A DNA stretch of 63,579 nt, filler included, from Octopus bimaculoides (Eukaryota): NCBI RefSeq assembly GCF_001194135.2. It is 7 parts of 6 records of this genome, joined end to end, with 100 filler letters (N's around TTAATTAATTAA, not from the genome) between each part and the next. Parts side by side here need not be neighbours in the genome. Positions count along the whole stretch, not along the records: positions 34,991 to 53,879 come from NC_068997.1; positions 53,980 to 58,289 come from NC_068986.1; positions 58,390 to 63,579 come from NC_068986.1; 4 more parts are not named here. One strand, 5' to 3'. The notes below the pieces were generated by a model. That model was not told where the DNA came from, did not search any database, and saw nothing but the letters and a program-made list of their open reading frames with translations. This document shows, piece after piece, positions 51,451-63,579 of this stretch (positions are counted from its first letter, which is position 1; each line of letters starts with the position of its first letter). The translations under genes were made by a program, and so were the position numbers.

Positions 51451-52055
51451 TATTGACAAATACCAATGACTACAGAGAACGTATGAACGGGAAATCACAT
51501 GTTTAAGTAAAGTTGAAGATAAATTTGAGAACGACATAATCTACACTTATACATAATACCCTCATGCATACAAACACACACACACACGCACACATAAAAT
51601 CTGATATGTCTGTGTATGTGTGTGTGTGTGTGTGATGCATGTGTGTATATGCGTGTAAATATATGTCGACATATGTGTAAGCATATATGTGTCTATATAT
51701 ATGTATGTATCAATTTATCTCCAATAAAATATGCGTGCACTTGTGTATGTGTGTGTGTGTGTGTGCACGTGCGTGTGCGCGCGCGCGTGTGTGCGTGTGT
51801 CTGTGTGTGTATGTGAGAGAGAGAGAGAGATAGAGAGGTGGGGGAGAATTTCGAAACTTGGGAAGATAGTTTTTCCTAACACCTGTCAAAATTACCAGAG
51901 ATGAAAGCAAAAGGCTGAACCTGAAATAACCTCAAATATTCCGCTTAAGCACTTTGAATTCAAATTAGAAATTGAAAAAATAAAGTGAAAACAACACTTG
52001 AATAGAAATATAAAAAAGAACATCAACCGCTAAATTTCTTCGCTTGAAAATTTCA

Positions 52056-52096
<41 letters not shown>

Positions 52097-52098
52097 TC

Positions 52099-52136
<38 letters not shown>

Positions 52137-52686
52137 NNNNNNNNNNNNNNNNNNNNNNNNNNNNNNNNNNNNNNNNNNNNNNNNNNNNNNNNNNNNNNNN
52201 NNNNNNNNNNNNNNNNNNNNNNNNNNNNNNNNNNNNNNNNNNNNNNNNNNNNNNNNNNNNNNNNNNNNNNNNNNNNNNNNNNNNNNNNNNNNNNNNNNNN
52301 NNNNNNNNNNNNNNNNNNNNNNNNNNNNNNNNNNNNNNNNNNNNNNNNNNNNNNNNNNNNNNNNNNNNNNNNNNNNNNNNNNNNNNNNNNNNNNNNNNNN
52401 NNNNNNNNNNNNNNNNNNNNNNNNNNNNNNNNNNNNNNNNNNNNNNNNNNNNNNNNNNNNNNNNNNNNNNNNNNNNNNNNNNNNNNNNNNNNNNNNNNNN
52501 NNNNNNNNNNNNNNNNNNNNNNNNNNNNNNNNNNNNNNNNNNNNNNNNNNNNNNNNNNNNNNNNNNNNNNNNNNNNNNNNNNNNNNNNNNNNNNNNNNNN
52601 NNNNNNNNNNNNNNNNNNNNNACATACATACATACATATATATATACATATATGAATATTTGTATTTTTCTATATATATAATTATA

Positions 52687-52728
<42 letters not shown>

Positions 52729-52829
52729 TTTAGAGGTATACATATATATATATACATATATAGACAAACACATACCTAAATATATCTACACATATCTGTC
52801 TGTGATACTTTAATACTACACATAAAACA

Positions 52830-53879
52830 AATTGATGTAGTTGTATGCTCAACATGCCGTCCACCAAATACCGCAAAGCAGGAGGGTAAATTTGCGGATA
52901 GCCTCAGACGTATCGAAGAGGTCTTGACAAATTTGGACCAACACACCAATATACTTTTGCTAGGCGACTTTAACGTCCCAAATGTTAAATGGCCTGATAT
53001 TCACATCCGCTCTGGGATCTCACTGCATGAACAAATCCAGGCAAAATCATTGCTAGAACTCTCCAACATGCTGTTCATGGAACAAATGATACCTCAACCA
53101 ACCAGGGGAAGAAATATTTTATATCTCTGCTTCACAAACAATGTGAGCCTAATCCATAATGTGAAAGTAACGCCCAAATCTCTTTCAGAGCATAACATTA
53201 TAGAATTAACAATGTATGGTCCTAGACAGCCCACTAGCACCCACGCCATCAGGTGGACTCAAGCCATATCCAACCTGAATTTCCACAGGGCGGACTGGAA
53301 GTCAATTCGCAAAGAGATTCGAAATCAAAACTGGCACGACAGCCTTTTTATACAAGACAATGACGTCAAACAATGAAGTCATTTTATGTCAACCATACAA
53401 GATATATACACCAAATATGTTCCAGAAAGAAAGGCCAGCAAACATGCCAATAGAATTCCCAGAGACAGGAAAATTCTTATGAGACAAAGAACAAAGGTCT
53501 CAAACCAGTTGAATAGAGAACTGGAGGACAGGAAAAGGGCTAAATTAAAACTAACACTGTTAGAAATAGAAAACAAAATCAAACTCTTCCATGAAATGGA
53601 GAGAGCGGAGAAGGAGAAGAGAGCAGTAGAAAGCATAAAAACAAACCCCAAGGCTTTCTATAGATTTGCAAAGGAGACTGTCACAGCACAGTATAAAATA
53701 GGACCCCTATTCCTACCTAATGGCTCACTGATTGCGGACCCCACATGGATAAGTGAAGTGCTCAGTGCGCAATTCAAGAGTGTTTTCACTTTTCCTCGGT
53801 TTCAGATAACCTCAGCTTTTTAATGCTCAACCAACACAATTGAGAGACCTGCAAGACATGTATAGAGATGTCTTCAAAA
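52830..53879 (+). mobile_element. CR1-like LINE ORF2 fragment (AP endonuclease C-half and linker)
   Basis: LLLGDFNVPNVKW, QPTRGRNILYLCFTN, SLSEHNII, LNFHRADWKSIR, IKTNPKAFYRFAK. One stop at about 53374. Confidence 0.92.
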
Positions 53880-53979
53880 NNNNNNNNNNNNNNNNNNNNN
53901 NNNNNNNNNNNNNNNNNNNNNNNTTAATTAATTAANNNNNNNNNNNNNNNNNNNNNNNNNNNNNNNNNNNNNNNNNNNN

Positions 53980-54019
<40 letters not shown>

Positions 54020-55501
54020 GTGTATGTGTGTGTGTGTGTATGTGTGTATGTATCTGTGTAACTCAAAAGTTTTAAAGTGAATCGGAAATATACCAAGAAA
54101 CAGATATCTGAAGGAATGCATTTGAAGCAAAACCAAAAAAAAAAAAAACAGATCCTCGTAAGATAGTTCAATGATAAACCGATTAAAATGTATACATCTG
54201 TATATGAAATTAGTAGACCTCTCTTAAAATCACTTCTCTACTGCTACTAAAAATCTGTAAATGACCCGATAGTTAAAAGCTTCCGTTCTTCCTGATACGT
54301 GAGTCTCGCATCAATAATATTCAACTGGAATATACATCAGACAATTTGAAGAAAAAAAAAACAAAAAAAATACATCGGTTTAGGGATAAGTATTTTATTC
54401 ACTGTACGATTTCCTCACTGCAGTAAGTCTGAAAACATATTATTTGTAGATGCTGTTTTCTCTTTAAATGTGTATATATATTTGTTGGTGCGTAGGTGTT
54501 TTTATGTTGGTGCATGCGTATATTTATATTTAAATGCGTGCGCATATACATTCCTAATTATGCGTACGTGTGTAAATATAAATCTATAAATACTCATATA
54601 GGTAATAGGAAGAAAGTTTTTTTTGTTTTTAAATGATAACGATGATTATACATATTAAAGAAACGGCAGAAATCATGCAAATACTTACCAAAAGAAGGGA
54701 CCAATACGCTGAGACTAAATGCAATAACTGGAAGAATTAATGCCTGAAATTTAAAACGAAACACGTATTGAAATTAACTATATGAATAACGATGCAGAAT
54801 ATTTCAGTAAGCAATCAGATTTCAATAACTGAAAATATAGATTAACTACATATAAATAAATACAGACATAAGCACGCACAAAACTACATTTCAAAATATA
54901 TAAACATGCATTTACACATACATACATACATACATACATACATACATACATACATACATACTTACATACATACATACATGGTGGTAGTTTTCTACTGCTT
55001 ACACAGAGTTTAACCACGTCCTGTACCTACACCTTCGCACCATCATGGCGTCTGATGTGGCTTTTGAAACTAGGCAATGTTCTGAAAAGACACCCACATA
55101 GATTGCATCTCTAATTTGGACCACCAATACCTGCAGATGAGTTCTGTTCTTTGAGACATTTTAGAATAAGCTACAATTGCATTTTTAGGTTACTGCCAGC
55201 CTACAAATTGAATGATTTTACTAAGATTTGGAGTACAGGCAGTACCTGTGGAGATGAATAATTTTCAGTGGGTGTAACTTGCCCTGCACTACCCCCACCT
55301 ATTGGCCCAAGAAGAGTTTCGCCGGTATGGCATGGAAATTGACAAAACCAGGAAATTCCAAGGCCTAAGATTTTCTTTCGGAGATTTCGTTCTCCTAGAC
55401 AGATTTCCAACCAAGGTTAAAGAGTTTCTACCTGCTCATGAGATAAGCTATCATCTGCTTCAACATAACTGTAAAATATATACAAACAATGCCATTGTAA
55501 T

Positions 55502-55527
55502 CCCGTGCAACGCCGGGTATCTCCTAG
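55502..55527 (+). mobile_element. Helitron-like 3' terminus
   Basis: Hairpin cccg-tgcaacgc-cggg, a 6-nt spacer, then CTAG followed by T. Confidence 0.6.
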
Positions 55528-57699
55528 TATAAATAGAAAAGTAAATATATCCATACATGCGCAGAAATTCATACACAAACCCACACATAGGTGACATTAA
55601 TAATTTAGTTGGAACAATTGTCGAGGAAATTGACCTTACGTTCATTATATAATTTACTTAATGAATCCTTTACAATAAATGTCAAAAGTGATCTGGTTCC
55701 CTTGTATGGGTTGGCTAATTTATGTAAATACCCTGATGTTTTCCTTATATATCAGATCAAGTAATTTTGAGGATACGCATATCTCATGAAATTATTTCCA
55801 GTACACAACATGTGCTTGATTTATCGCAACAGAAAAGTAAATAGAAAGCAAAACTGAATATATTGTGTAAATTATGTGCAAATATCAGAAACAGAAAGCA
55901 ACTGGAAAATGTAGCTAAACTACACACGCCAAATCTGAATACCGTTCGCACAATAGAAAAAAGAGGTATTTGTGTTAATATTAAGCAGTGTACATGAATA
56001 AGGGCTGTGTAAATATTGACCTCAGTCCAAATAAATTTCTATTTTAAATATCTTAGTGACTTTCAAGCGATATTTTCAGTGTACGCATGACAAAAAAGAA
56101 ATAAAACAAATCCAATTTCAAATATCCAAAATCGCATGAAAGTAGTTACATCCTAAGAATTAACTTTTATTCAGCTTTGTTTTCTCACTTAATTTAATTT
56201 TGTGAGAAAACACATTTCGTTTTTCTCACAAACGAATGTGATTATTGCGCCTATAGTAAACACAGTGGCTTAATTTCAGTAAAGGAATGCTACCTGTCTC
56301 TGAGTTACTAATTGACGTTTCTATCAAAAAAGAATACAAAACATACAATATTCATATCGACTCTCACAAAATATGCCATGGCAACTAAACGTTCGATACT
56401 ATTTTATAATATCCAATAGAACACGATAGTTCGGCAAGTTGCCATCATTGGAAATATCATATTGCCATTAGACAAGCCATATGAATTAAATGGTAATATC
56501 ATATATATAAGACAATCAAGATTTACATATAAACATTAAGATTTGTTTTCAAAGCTTTTTATTTACATCAGCTGAGAACATCTCTTGGACTGCTACAATG
56601 TAAATTTAAAACGACATTAGAGCAATACAAACGTCTCCAAGGCTATATTATAGTTACCCATAAGAACAAAATGATATGCAGAATGATACCTCATGAACGA
56701 GAAGTATACCCCTCTAATCCACTGCGTGCCCTCTACAATCAATAGCCCACTACCGCACTGGGGTCGTCCTCTGTATCTTTTACCGGTGCTTAAACACGTC
56801 TTGTTTTTTGAGAATTGGCCAAGATATGTAAACTCACTACACCCAACTTAATAAATGGGACCTACAATATCTCATTCAGCAGGTCAAAGGTATGTCTATG
56901 TGCTCAACAAGTTCGCCTCTTACTCTGTGGTTTCCAAGTTTTATCCCTCTACGAGGCACCTTGAGAATGCACAAACTATCAGTAATTACATCTACTGTCA
57001 GAAATGCTGAGAACCAGTGTTTGATCCAATGGAAACTCCTAAACAACAATAGTTATAGGTCACTAAATTCGACTTAAAATACAGTTAATTTCATACTAAG
57101 CTCATACATATCCTTGCTTCATAAAATGGCAAACAATTCAAACTAACACAAAATGCATAATTCTAACCCGGCATTAAACATATCAAATTTTCTTAGCAGA
57201 AATCTAATTAATATTATCGACAGTATATTTCTCTAATATGCGGTCCAAGTGATAACACTTATATTCTCAGAATGAAGAGAACTGTACGAAACGTTGAACC
57301 CTTTCACTTCGCACGTCAAATAAACCGAACATTTCTCTGCACTCTCCTCTATTGGTATTTATTGACGCTGAATACAGGCAATCCCCATAGAATCGAGATT
57401 TCACGGTATAATGAATATTATTTTCTGGAATATACTCACCAAATTCGATGATATTGGGTAGAACAAGAGAACAAATATTCATATCCCCGGTTACAATCAT
57501 CGTAAAATAACGTCCATATTTACTTAATAGTAAACATAGATTCAGTCGTGATGCATATTTACATCTCATTCACCTCATTAACTTCATGCATCTCATTAAT
57601 CTTATTAACAAGCTTATATTTTTGTCTATTTAAATGATATGTCGCTAAAAACGTCAGGGAAAATACAAAACATGTTATGAAATCAGATCTCTTGTTTCA

Positions 57700-58075
57700 T
57701 CTATATATATATAAAAATGAGAATGTGTGTGTGTGTGACTGTCTGTCTGTCTGTTTGTTTGTCTGTCTGTCTGTTTGTCTGTTTGTCTCTCTGTCTGTGT
57801 GTGTGAATCCCTAAAACTCGAGAACTACGCAACCAATTTCATTCAAATTTTACACATGCCTTACTTAGAGTTCCAGTTGTGTTTTAGTCAAAAAGACATT
57901 TTTAACTTCATACATAGTTCGAGCCCATAGCAGCATAATATCTCCTCCTCTATTTAAGTATTACGTGTCAAAAGTGAAACAAAAACACTCATGTTAAATA
58001 CTTTCACGTTAAAAATGAAACTATTCCACTAACTGAAACAATCACATTTCGATACTGTAATGACAGATACTTTCA
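57700..58075 (+). mobile_element. Non-autonomous Helitron-like element, 5' part
   Basis: Starts A|TCTATATATATATAAAA and has an internal (TGTC)n followed by acgcaaccaatttcattcaaatttt. The 3' end is not located. Confidence 0.55.
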
Positions 58076-58587
58076 GAGAGAGAGAGAAAGAGAGAAAGAG
58101 AGAGAGAGAGAGAGAGATGTATATGTATACATATAGATGTATATGTACACGTATATGTATAGATATAGATATAGATATAGATGTATATGCATACATGTAT
58201 ATGTATACATATGTGTAGATGTATATATATAAATATAGATGTACATGTAATATGTACACATATATACATGCATACAGATATCTATACATNNNNNNNNNNN
58301 NNNNNNNNNNNNNNNNNNNNNNNNNNNNNNNNNTTAATTAATTAANNNNNNNNNNNNNNNNNNNNNNNNNNNNNNNNNNNNNNNNNNNNTATATATATTC
58401 TGTTTTTCTCTTCGCCATCTAGTTTTGATTATTAGACAGTGACCAAATAGGATAACCGCGTTCAAGGGAGTTCCACTCCATAATACTGACACCGGTATAT
58501 TTTTTGGTATATATCTTATTTAGAAACAATAAAAGTTAACCCATGTGCCAAGACAAATTCCAATACTTCGCTTAAATGTTCACATAT

Positions 58588-58641
<54 letters not shown>

Positions 58642-59096
58642 GAGTAACAGTAGCGGTACGAGTCTCAGTCTATTATACGTCGGTTTCTAACTACTCCTTT
58701 AATTGATTAATGAAAACATTACATCATTGTAACGAAACCGTTTACCTCAGATGAATTAATGAACTTCAAAATAAAGGTCATTCAGAATGATTTAACATAG
58801 TTCAAAATCCACGGAGCAAAAACATTTACTATTTCTCTTGGCAGAATGGATCTACGAGAATAGTGTATACGTGATCAGAACAGAAAAATTCACACGTTAG
58901 TAGAGCTTTAAGGAGGGGGAAGGAATAATTGACTCCAATGACCCAATTATCTATACTTCTAACAAACGAGGTGTGCGCAGCTCCAATAGTCTAGATTTAT
59001 TTGTTAAGGAGTTGTTTAACGTCTACTGATCAGTGGTAAGGAAATGATTATTCCGACCTAATGAGGTGACTCAATTTAAGTACCTAATTCAACAAA

Positions 59097-59130
<34 letters not shown>

Positions 59131-59471
59131 NNNNNNNNNNNNNNNNNNNNNNNNNNNNNNNNNNNNNNNNNNNNNNNNNNNNNNNNNNNNNNNNNNNNNN
59201 NNNNNNNNNNNNNNNNNNNNNNNNNNNNNNNNNNNNNNNNNNNNNNNNNNNNNNNNNNNNNNNNNNNNNNNNNNNNNNNNNNNNNNNNNNNNNNNNNNNN
59301 NNNNNNNNNNNNNNNNNNNNNNNNNNNNNNNATAAGGTTAAGTGCTTTATGGATGCGAAACCATAGATTATTCTATGACAGGCCATATAATTAACTTCCT
59401 GTAAATACATTAGTGCATTACTGCTCTAACATTTAAAGTGTACTTCTTTCCCGGAAATATGATACATTAAG

Positions 59472-59503
<32 letters not shown>

Positions 59504-59619
59504 GAGAGAGAGAGAGGGAGGGAGTGAGAGAGAGACATACATACATGTGCGTGTGTTTGAAGAAAGATTTTCAGATAATTATTAAGCCCTAAAATTCACT
59601 CCATAATTGTCCATGGGAA

Positions 59620-59845
59620 TATGGTGAGGTGGTTAAGAGCGCGGGCTACTAATCTCAAGATTCCGAGTTCGACTCCAAGTAGTGACCTGAATAATAATAA
59701 TAACATCGAAAAATACCTTGGGAATGTTAACCCAGGTTCGAAATTTCCCCCAAGACACCTGATGCAGGCTGGAGGCTATATCAGCCGAAACGTTGTGTTA
59801 ACAACAAACAAGATGATGACAAATATCCATCCAATGTAAATAATT
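59620..59845 (+). mobile_element. tRNA-headed SINE-like element carrying a hammerhead-like motif
   Basis: A-box-like tggtgaggtggttaag (59622), B box gagttcgactcc (59665-76), a (TAA)n linker, and the hammerhead-like motif at 59754-59799. Confidence 0.7.
59754..59799 (+). ncRNA. Minimal type-I hammerhead-ribozyme-like motif
   Basis: gacac CTGATGC A GGCTG-gaggctatat-CAGCC GAAAC GTT gtgtt. Stems I and II are 5 bp each and stem III is palindromic AACGUU. A9 is changed to C. Confidence 0.6.
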
Positions 59846-60274
59846 ATTAAACCTTTCTAAAATATTTTAGAAAATCACATTGACACGAATTTCTTTAAAG
59901 GAATATTTTGGTATTGAGTGTCAGCGCTTCCGTTGTTTATTTCTTCAAACACACGTGTTATGCGATTATCCATATAGAGAAAGGTGGTTTCAGTGGCGAT
60001 GTTGAATATTTCCGGTTTAGCTTTGTATTTAGACTTCTTATAATGTACCTTCCTTTTGTCTTTCGTAGTTGATCATATAGACACTTGGGGCATAAAAAAG
60101 GATCTCTCAAACCTAATAACGCAGTATTCGATTTTCTGACAAGGCATCCACATTAAGATGAATATAAAGATCCCCTCTAGGTAAAAGAAAATACTTCTAT
60201 CACAAATTGTTCATTTCTAATTACTCTGAATATCCTATTTGCGATAGCAGTGTCTCAGAAGCTACTGGTACTCT

Positions 60275-62520
60275 ATATATATCATAGCAGCGAGATTTGA
60301 CTTGAATGCGGTACCAGGACACTTCCAACTGATGAGTTCATGGTACTCTCAGTTCTAGCAAAATTCCTATTCTCCGTTCTGTGTTCCATATGACTGAGTC
60401 TGGTCTTTTTGTCGTTTTTATAAGTGGAAAAATTACTAGACTTCCCAAATCCGTGGCCAGCTCCCAGTATCCCTTCCATCTTTCGTCTATCTCGTATATT
60501 TTATTTGGAGGCCTGATCTTATGTCCTTTTCCCTCCTTCTGGAAGTATATTTTCCTGCGTTTTTCCACTTTGGGGTACTCTCCCCTATTGTATCCCTCGA
60601 TCTTCTCTTTGAGTGCTGCGCTTATGACGCCGAGGACTTGATTATGGCACCATGTATACNNNNNNNNNNNNNNNNNNNNNNNNNNNNNNNNNNNNNNNNN
60701 NNNNNNNNNNNNNNNNNNNNNNNNNNNNNNNNNNNNNNNNNNNNNNNNNNNNNNNNNNNNNNNNNNNNNNNNNNNNNNNNNNNNNNNNNNNNNNNNNNNN
60801 NNNNNNNNNNNNNNNNNNNNNNNNNNNNNNNNNNNNNNNNNNNNNNNNNNNNNNNNNNNNNNNNNNNNNNNNNNNNNNNNNNNNNNNNNNNNNNNNNNNN
60901 NNNNNNNNNNNNNNNNNNNNNNNNNNNNNNNNNNNNNNNNNNNNNNNNNNNNNNNNNNNNNNNNNNNNNNNNNNNNNNNNNNNNNNNNNNNNNNNNNNNN
61001 NNNNNNNNNNNNNNNNNNNNNNNNNNNNNNNNNNNNNNNNNNNNNNNNNNNNNNNNNNNNNNNNNNNNNNNNNNNNNNNNNNNNNNNNNNNNNNNNNNNN
61101 NNNNNNNNNNNNNNNNNNNNNNNNNNNNNNNNNNNNNNNNNNNNNNNNNNNNNNNNNNNNNNNNNNNNNNNNNNNNNNNNNNNNNNNNNNNNNNNNNNNN
61201 NNNNNNNNNNNNNNNNNNNNNNNNNNNNNNNNNNNNNNNNNNNNNNGTATGTTTTAGTATTCCGATCGCCCTGTTTACTGCCTCTTCCGCATTCCATTTC
61301 CTCCCTGTCCGTACCTTTGGAGGGTTTTCTCGGATGCTCTGATCTTTTGAATACCTTAGCATCATTACTGTTCTCGCCTTTCCTGCTTTATATTCTTCGG
61401 TGATCGATGTTATTGGTAGTTGCAGCACGGGTTTTCCATACAGTGCAGTTGTATTCAGTGGTTTCGGCAGACCAAGCCATTTTCTGATAAACACACTGCA
61501 TCTTTGTTCTATCCTTTCTACTCTACTCAAGGCTATTTCGTACATTTGCAATGGCCACATTATCCTTGGGTACAGTCCAAATTGCAGTATCCGACATTTG
61601 AATTTTCCCGGTAGTGTTGTTCTGTCAATTGCTTTTAATCCTTGTTCTACTAACTCGTGTGTCTCTTTCACTTGCTTCTTATCATTTAATAAGTCTCTAT
61701 ACCATCTGCCGAGACTCTTTACTGGTTGTTCTTTCACCGTTGGTATGTCTTCACCTCCTATCCTGAATTTCACTTCTTCTTGCACTCCTTTCACGAAAGC
61801 CACGCTTCGAGATTTTTTGGCTTTGAATTTCATTCTTGCCCATCCTATCAGTTCATCCAACCGCTCTAACGTTCCCTCTGCTGCTTCTCTACTTTCCGAT
61901 AGTAGAGTGATGTCATCCATAAAAGCCCTTAATGGTGTCTTTATAGCAGCTTTCTCAGTTTGTTGACCTTAGTAACATCTCCATGACTAGCACGAATAAG
62001 ATGACTGATATCGTGCATCCGGCTGCAATACCTACTTCTAGCCGTTGCCACTCTGTTGTGAACTCTCCTGCTGTAAATCTCATCCTCATGTTGTCGTAGT
62101 AGGACATGNNNNNNNNNNGGATTCCTGCTTTTTGGATTGCTTCATTAACGTACCCGTTATGCTGTACGAATCTTATGATTTGTCTAGCAATGATTCCAAA
62201 CATGATTTTCCCGTCAGTATTTAATAATGAAATTGGTCTAAATTGTCCTAGTGTTTTTGCATCTTTCTCTTTAGGTAAATAGATACCTTCAGCTATACAC
62301 CATCGCTCCGCTACGTCTTTCTTCTTCCATATTTCTCTTATCAATGCAAATAACTGTAAACGCAATTTCAGGCAATACTTGTAAACCTTGTAGCTCACAC
62401 CGTCGTTCCCTGGTAAACTTTTTGCTCTTGCTTTTCTTATGAACTCCTCTATTTCTTTCCGTTTGATGTCACTCAAATCGGAAAGCACCCTTTTGGTGGG
62501 GGGGGGCAATATTAGGATTT
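60275..62520 (-). mobile_element. Hero-like RLE-clade non-LTR retrotransposon (RT + RLE), truncated and frameshifted
   Basis: SLPGNDGVSY, QFRPISLLNTDGKIMF, GIAAGCTISVILF, RAFMDDITLL, LQFGLYPRIMWPL, KVRTGRKWNA, YTWCHNQVL, KRPDSVIW...LELRVP. Frameshift near 61955; two N gaps. Confidence 0.92.
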
Positions 62521-62698
62521 CCCGCTAATCTAAACTGCCATTGTACATGTTTTTGGTGTCAAAAATTTCAGCATTGTTCGTCAGATAATAACCGAAAAAC
62601 ATGTTTATAAAGAACAGTTGTTTGCAGGATACTCCTCCTATGCCGATTCTGCCCATAAGAAAGGAACAAATAATACAATGTGGCTGTAGGTCATAACA

Positions 62699-62727
62699 CC
62701 CGGGCAACGCCGGTGTGCATTACCCGT
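62699..62727 (+). mobile_element. Degenerate Helitron-like 3' terminus
   Basis: cccgggcaacgccgg matches the 55502 hairpin; the terminal CTAG is not intact. Confidence 0.4.
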
Positions 62728-63545
62728 TGTTAAATAAAAAACTGAAAAACGAGCTAACAGATAAATATATGAATCGATAAAAAAAGTAACAAATAGAAAT
62801 ACATATTAACAGATATATACTCGGACACTCATTTATAGATATGTTGACATGTAGACAGTTAAACTCATAAACTGAAAAAAAAAAATTGAAATACAGGAAG
62901 TAGACGATATTCTTGATTGCCAAAAATCAAATATATCTCGCAATGTATTTTCCTGAAAGTCGCAGTTACTGTCCTTCCTAGGTGAATGTATATGCATATA
63001 CTTTTCGCCGCTATTGTCGCATGTACAAATGTTTGTATGAAAGCAGTTTCATGTATAAACGTTTTTATCTATTTTATTCACATATACATTATTTTGGTTT
63101 ATATTCTTTTCAATTTTCTTTTATGTTTTGTTTTCAATAACAGGCAGTTCGAATTATTTCTGTAATAAATATCATGTCTCGAGTATCAGTAATCGATTAT
63201 GTGAACAATAGTGTCATCTGTGAATGCCTTTTTCTGAATACTAACTGAGAATAAATTTAACTCAACAATAAATATTTTACAGCTTATTTTTCTACTTATC
63301 AAGATATTCTAGTTTTTGAATCATATGTATATCTACCTATAGATATTATATTTATATCATATATATACATATACATGTATGTGTGTGTGTATGTGTGTAT
63401 ACATATATGTATAAATATGCACGCATATATACATAAATATACACACACACATATGTATGGATATATATATATATATATGTACACATACACGTGCATATGT
63501 GTGCGTGTGTGTAAGCGCGCGCGTCTGTGTTTAACAGCAAGAAAG

Positions 63546-63579
<34 letters not shown>

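Noticed and set aside
55052-55082. CTGATGT ggctttt GAAAC TAG GC
   Set aside because: Core, stem I and stem II are all defective.
57267-57569. 100-aa minus-strand ORF in unique-looking sequence
   Set aside because: No recognisable domain. It contains a donor-like TTG|GTGAGT but no convincing acceptor.
59622-59690. tRNA gene calls for this and other SINE heads
   Set aside because: A/B boxes are present but acceptor stems and cloverleaf are incomplete, and they continue into SINE bodies.

Overview
This is eukaryotic, AT-rich DNA from a gapped draft assembly, saturated with microsatellites. The SINE families, the (CA/TA/CATA/GATA)n density and the TE mix point to an octopus-type cephalopod genome; that is inference, as no search was run. 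I recognise no intact host protein-coding gene. Almost all ORF-track entries are translations of microsatellites or N-gaps. The window is a transposable-element graveyard containing: several tRNA-headed modular SINE families; RTE, CR1-like, R4/Dong-like, Hero-like and Penelope-like retroelement remnants; Tc1 (DD34E), mariner (DD34D), DD41D and pogo/Tigger relics; MITEs; and Helitron-like termini. Two signals stand out. First, about seven minimal type-I hammerhead-ribozyme-like motifs (stem I - CUGANGA - stem II - GAAAC - palindromic stem III - GUH - stem I) occur in at least four unrelated repeat contexts. Two copies of one family carry complementary defects, and one motif sits downstream of a tRNA-like Pol III head. 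Second, a complete 1.78-kb retroelement with a single ORF1-like frame (HAL1-like) is inserted, with a short TSD, into the tRNA-like head of a SINE. All alignments, translations and foldings were done by eye, and boundaries of decayed elements are approximate.
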